Positions 62,701 to 64,000 of a stretch of 64,000 nt of DNA are shown here, one piece after another; the stretch's first letter is position 1, and each line of letters begins with the position of its first letter. A model generated the notes under the pieces. The model saw only the letters and a program-made list of their open reading frames with translations, did not search any database and was not told the origin of the DNA. The translations under genes were made by a program, and so were the position numbers. The DNA is from Heptranchias perlo (lineage: Eukaryota), in assembly GCF_035084215.1 (NCBI RefSeq), contig NC_090362.1:5890001-5954000 (forward strand), written 5' to 3'.

Positions 62701-63804
62701 AGCAAGCCACTTCAAAGAATAAGAAGAATTTACATTAGCTTTCCCATCCAGCTGATTCCTACAACTGCGTCTTGCTATTTAAGGAGCCTTTACATCGACT
62801 TCTCAGGTAGAAAGGCAGCGTTGGGCTGAAGTCTATCCAGCTGTTTTTCATCTCACAGGCCGCCTTTAACAACAATAACTTGGATTTATATAGTGCCTTT
62901 TTAAAATTCATTCTGGGGATGTGTTGCTGGCAATGCCGGCATTTATTGCTGTTCCCTAATTGCCCTTGAGATGGTGGTGGTGAGCCACCTTCTTGAACCG
63001 CTGCAGTCTGTGCGATGCAGGTTCTCCCACAGTGCTGTTCAGTCGGGAGTTCCAGAATTTTGACCCAGCGATGATGAAGGAACAGTCGATATATTTCCAA
63101 GTCAGGATGGCGTGTGACTTGGAGAGGAACTTGGAGGTGATGGTGTTCCCAAGCACCTGCTGCCCTTGTCCTTCTAGGTGGGGGAGTTTGTGGGTTTGGG
63201 AGGTGCTGTCGAAATATAGAAATACATCTCAAGGCAATGCAATCATGAGACTCCTCATTATGCAATGATACCAAACTCGCTGCCTTCTGCTAAGACGTAC
63301 AGGGCAGTGGCCAAGCTCTCTGTCACTGTCTTAAAAACTAAATTTCTACACATCAGAAAATGCCTCTCAACTCTTTCCACGGCTGTCTTGTATCAGTTTA
63401 TTTTATGCATTAAAACTTCTGGTGCCGAGCTACACGTGATGACGCTGCACTTCGGCAATTCGGGCATGTGGGTCAGTGCGCTCTATGCAGAATGAGCTAA
63501 TCTCCGTGCTTGAATTCCCAATATGTTCTCCCACCATATGTAGCCCTGTGCCAGGAATGTTGACTTGTAAAATCTACTTCAGAGTCTTCTCTCTGTCAGC
63601 AAAAATGAACAGAAAGGCCTCTGTTTCATCTTCCATTTTATTTATAGTCAGTGGGTCTGAATCCTCTTCACCTAAACTCAGCAGCTCTTCTGTAGCCTCA
63701 AATCTTTGAATAAATTGAACCCTTCCCTCAGGATTTGTCAGATTGCCTTTCTACAAGGGCCTGAGTTGAAATGGTGCCATTTTCTTTTTGACTTTCTGTC
63801 GCCA
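56800..63804 (-). mobile_element. Ancient Gypsy/Ty3 LTR-retrotransposon internal fossil (gag-protease-RT start), many stops and frameshifts, interrupted by repeats
   Basis: In order: PBS-like TGGCGACAGAAAGT; MAPFQLRPL*KGNLTNPEGRVQFIQRFE (ATG 63780); ERHFLMCRNLVF..TALYVLAEGSEFG; KKRHFQAAC knuckle; HFKINGVNFTV; KTLYGPG; IELNPDVDPV; PKPNGKG*VSMDLSKLN. Recognised from memory of Gypsy gag-pol motifs. Confidence 0.72.
57561..62080. repeat. 15-bp GC/CpG-rich minisatellite (gtcggtttccccggt)n, ~300 units
   Basis: Tandem 15-mers with recurring variant blocks; nearly stop-free in several frames. Confidence 0.98.
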
Positions 63805-64000
63805 TCATTCACTAGACCCCGTCTCCGCTGTACATCGGTGTGTTCTTAGGCCTCTCTCACCTGGCAGGTTAAATTCTGCGTGGCCCCAGATCGCTGCCGG
63901 GGCCTCACACGCAGCCACTGCAGATCAGAAAGTCGTGGACGCAATGTTCCATCCACGACAACCAAGGGAGGCATGCTTGGTGTGCGCAAGGTTTGCTCAG

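Overview
Eukaryotic, repeat-rich vertebrate DNA, most likely from a cartilaginous fish (inferred from abundant CR1/HER1-type LINEs, tRNA-headed Deu-domain SINEs, Penelope and Harbinger remnants). The left ~50 kb is a tandem duplication: unit A ~1-19270, unit B ~19395-50275. Each unit carries a minus-strand, 8-exon immunoglobulin-superfamily type I membrane receptor gene that the ORF track shows only in pieces: leader, Ig domain 1, Ig domain 2 plus Ser/Thr stalk, 33-nt micro-exon, TM exon and three cytoplasmic exons ending in two tyrosine motifs. I rebuilt it by hand from GT-AG junctions with consistent phases. Copy B is intact (445 aa). Copy A has an in-frame TAA in the micro-exon, giving a secreted 319-aa form if the exon is included or a 434-aa membrane form if it is skipped. 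The two ectodomains differ almost only by amino-acid-changing substitutions, while the TM/cytoplasmic half is nearly identical. The rest of the window holds a Penelope element with inverted pseudo-LTRs carrying hammerhead ribozyme motifs, nested LINE/SINE/Harbinger remnants, several minisatellites, a 149-N gap, and an old Gypsy fossil whose protease region is split by a ~4.5-kb 15-bp minisatellite. The very long ORFs in the track are minisatellite artefacts. All alignments and counts are by eye.
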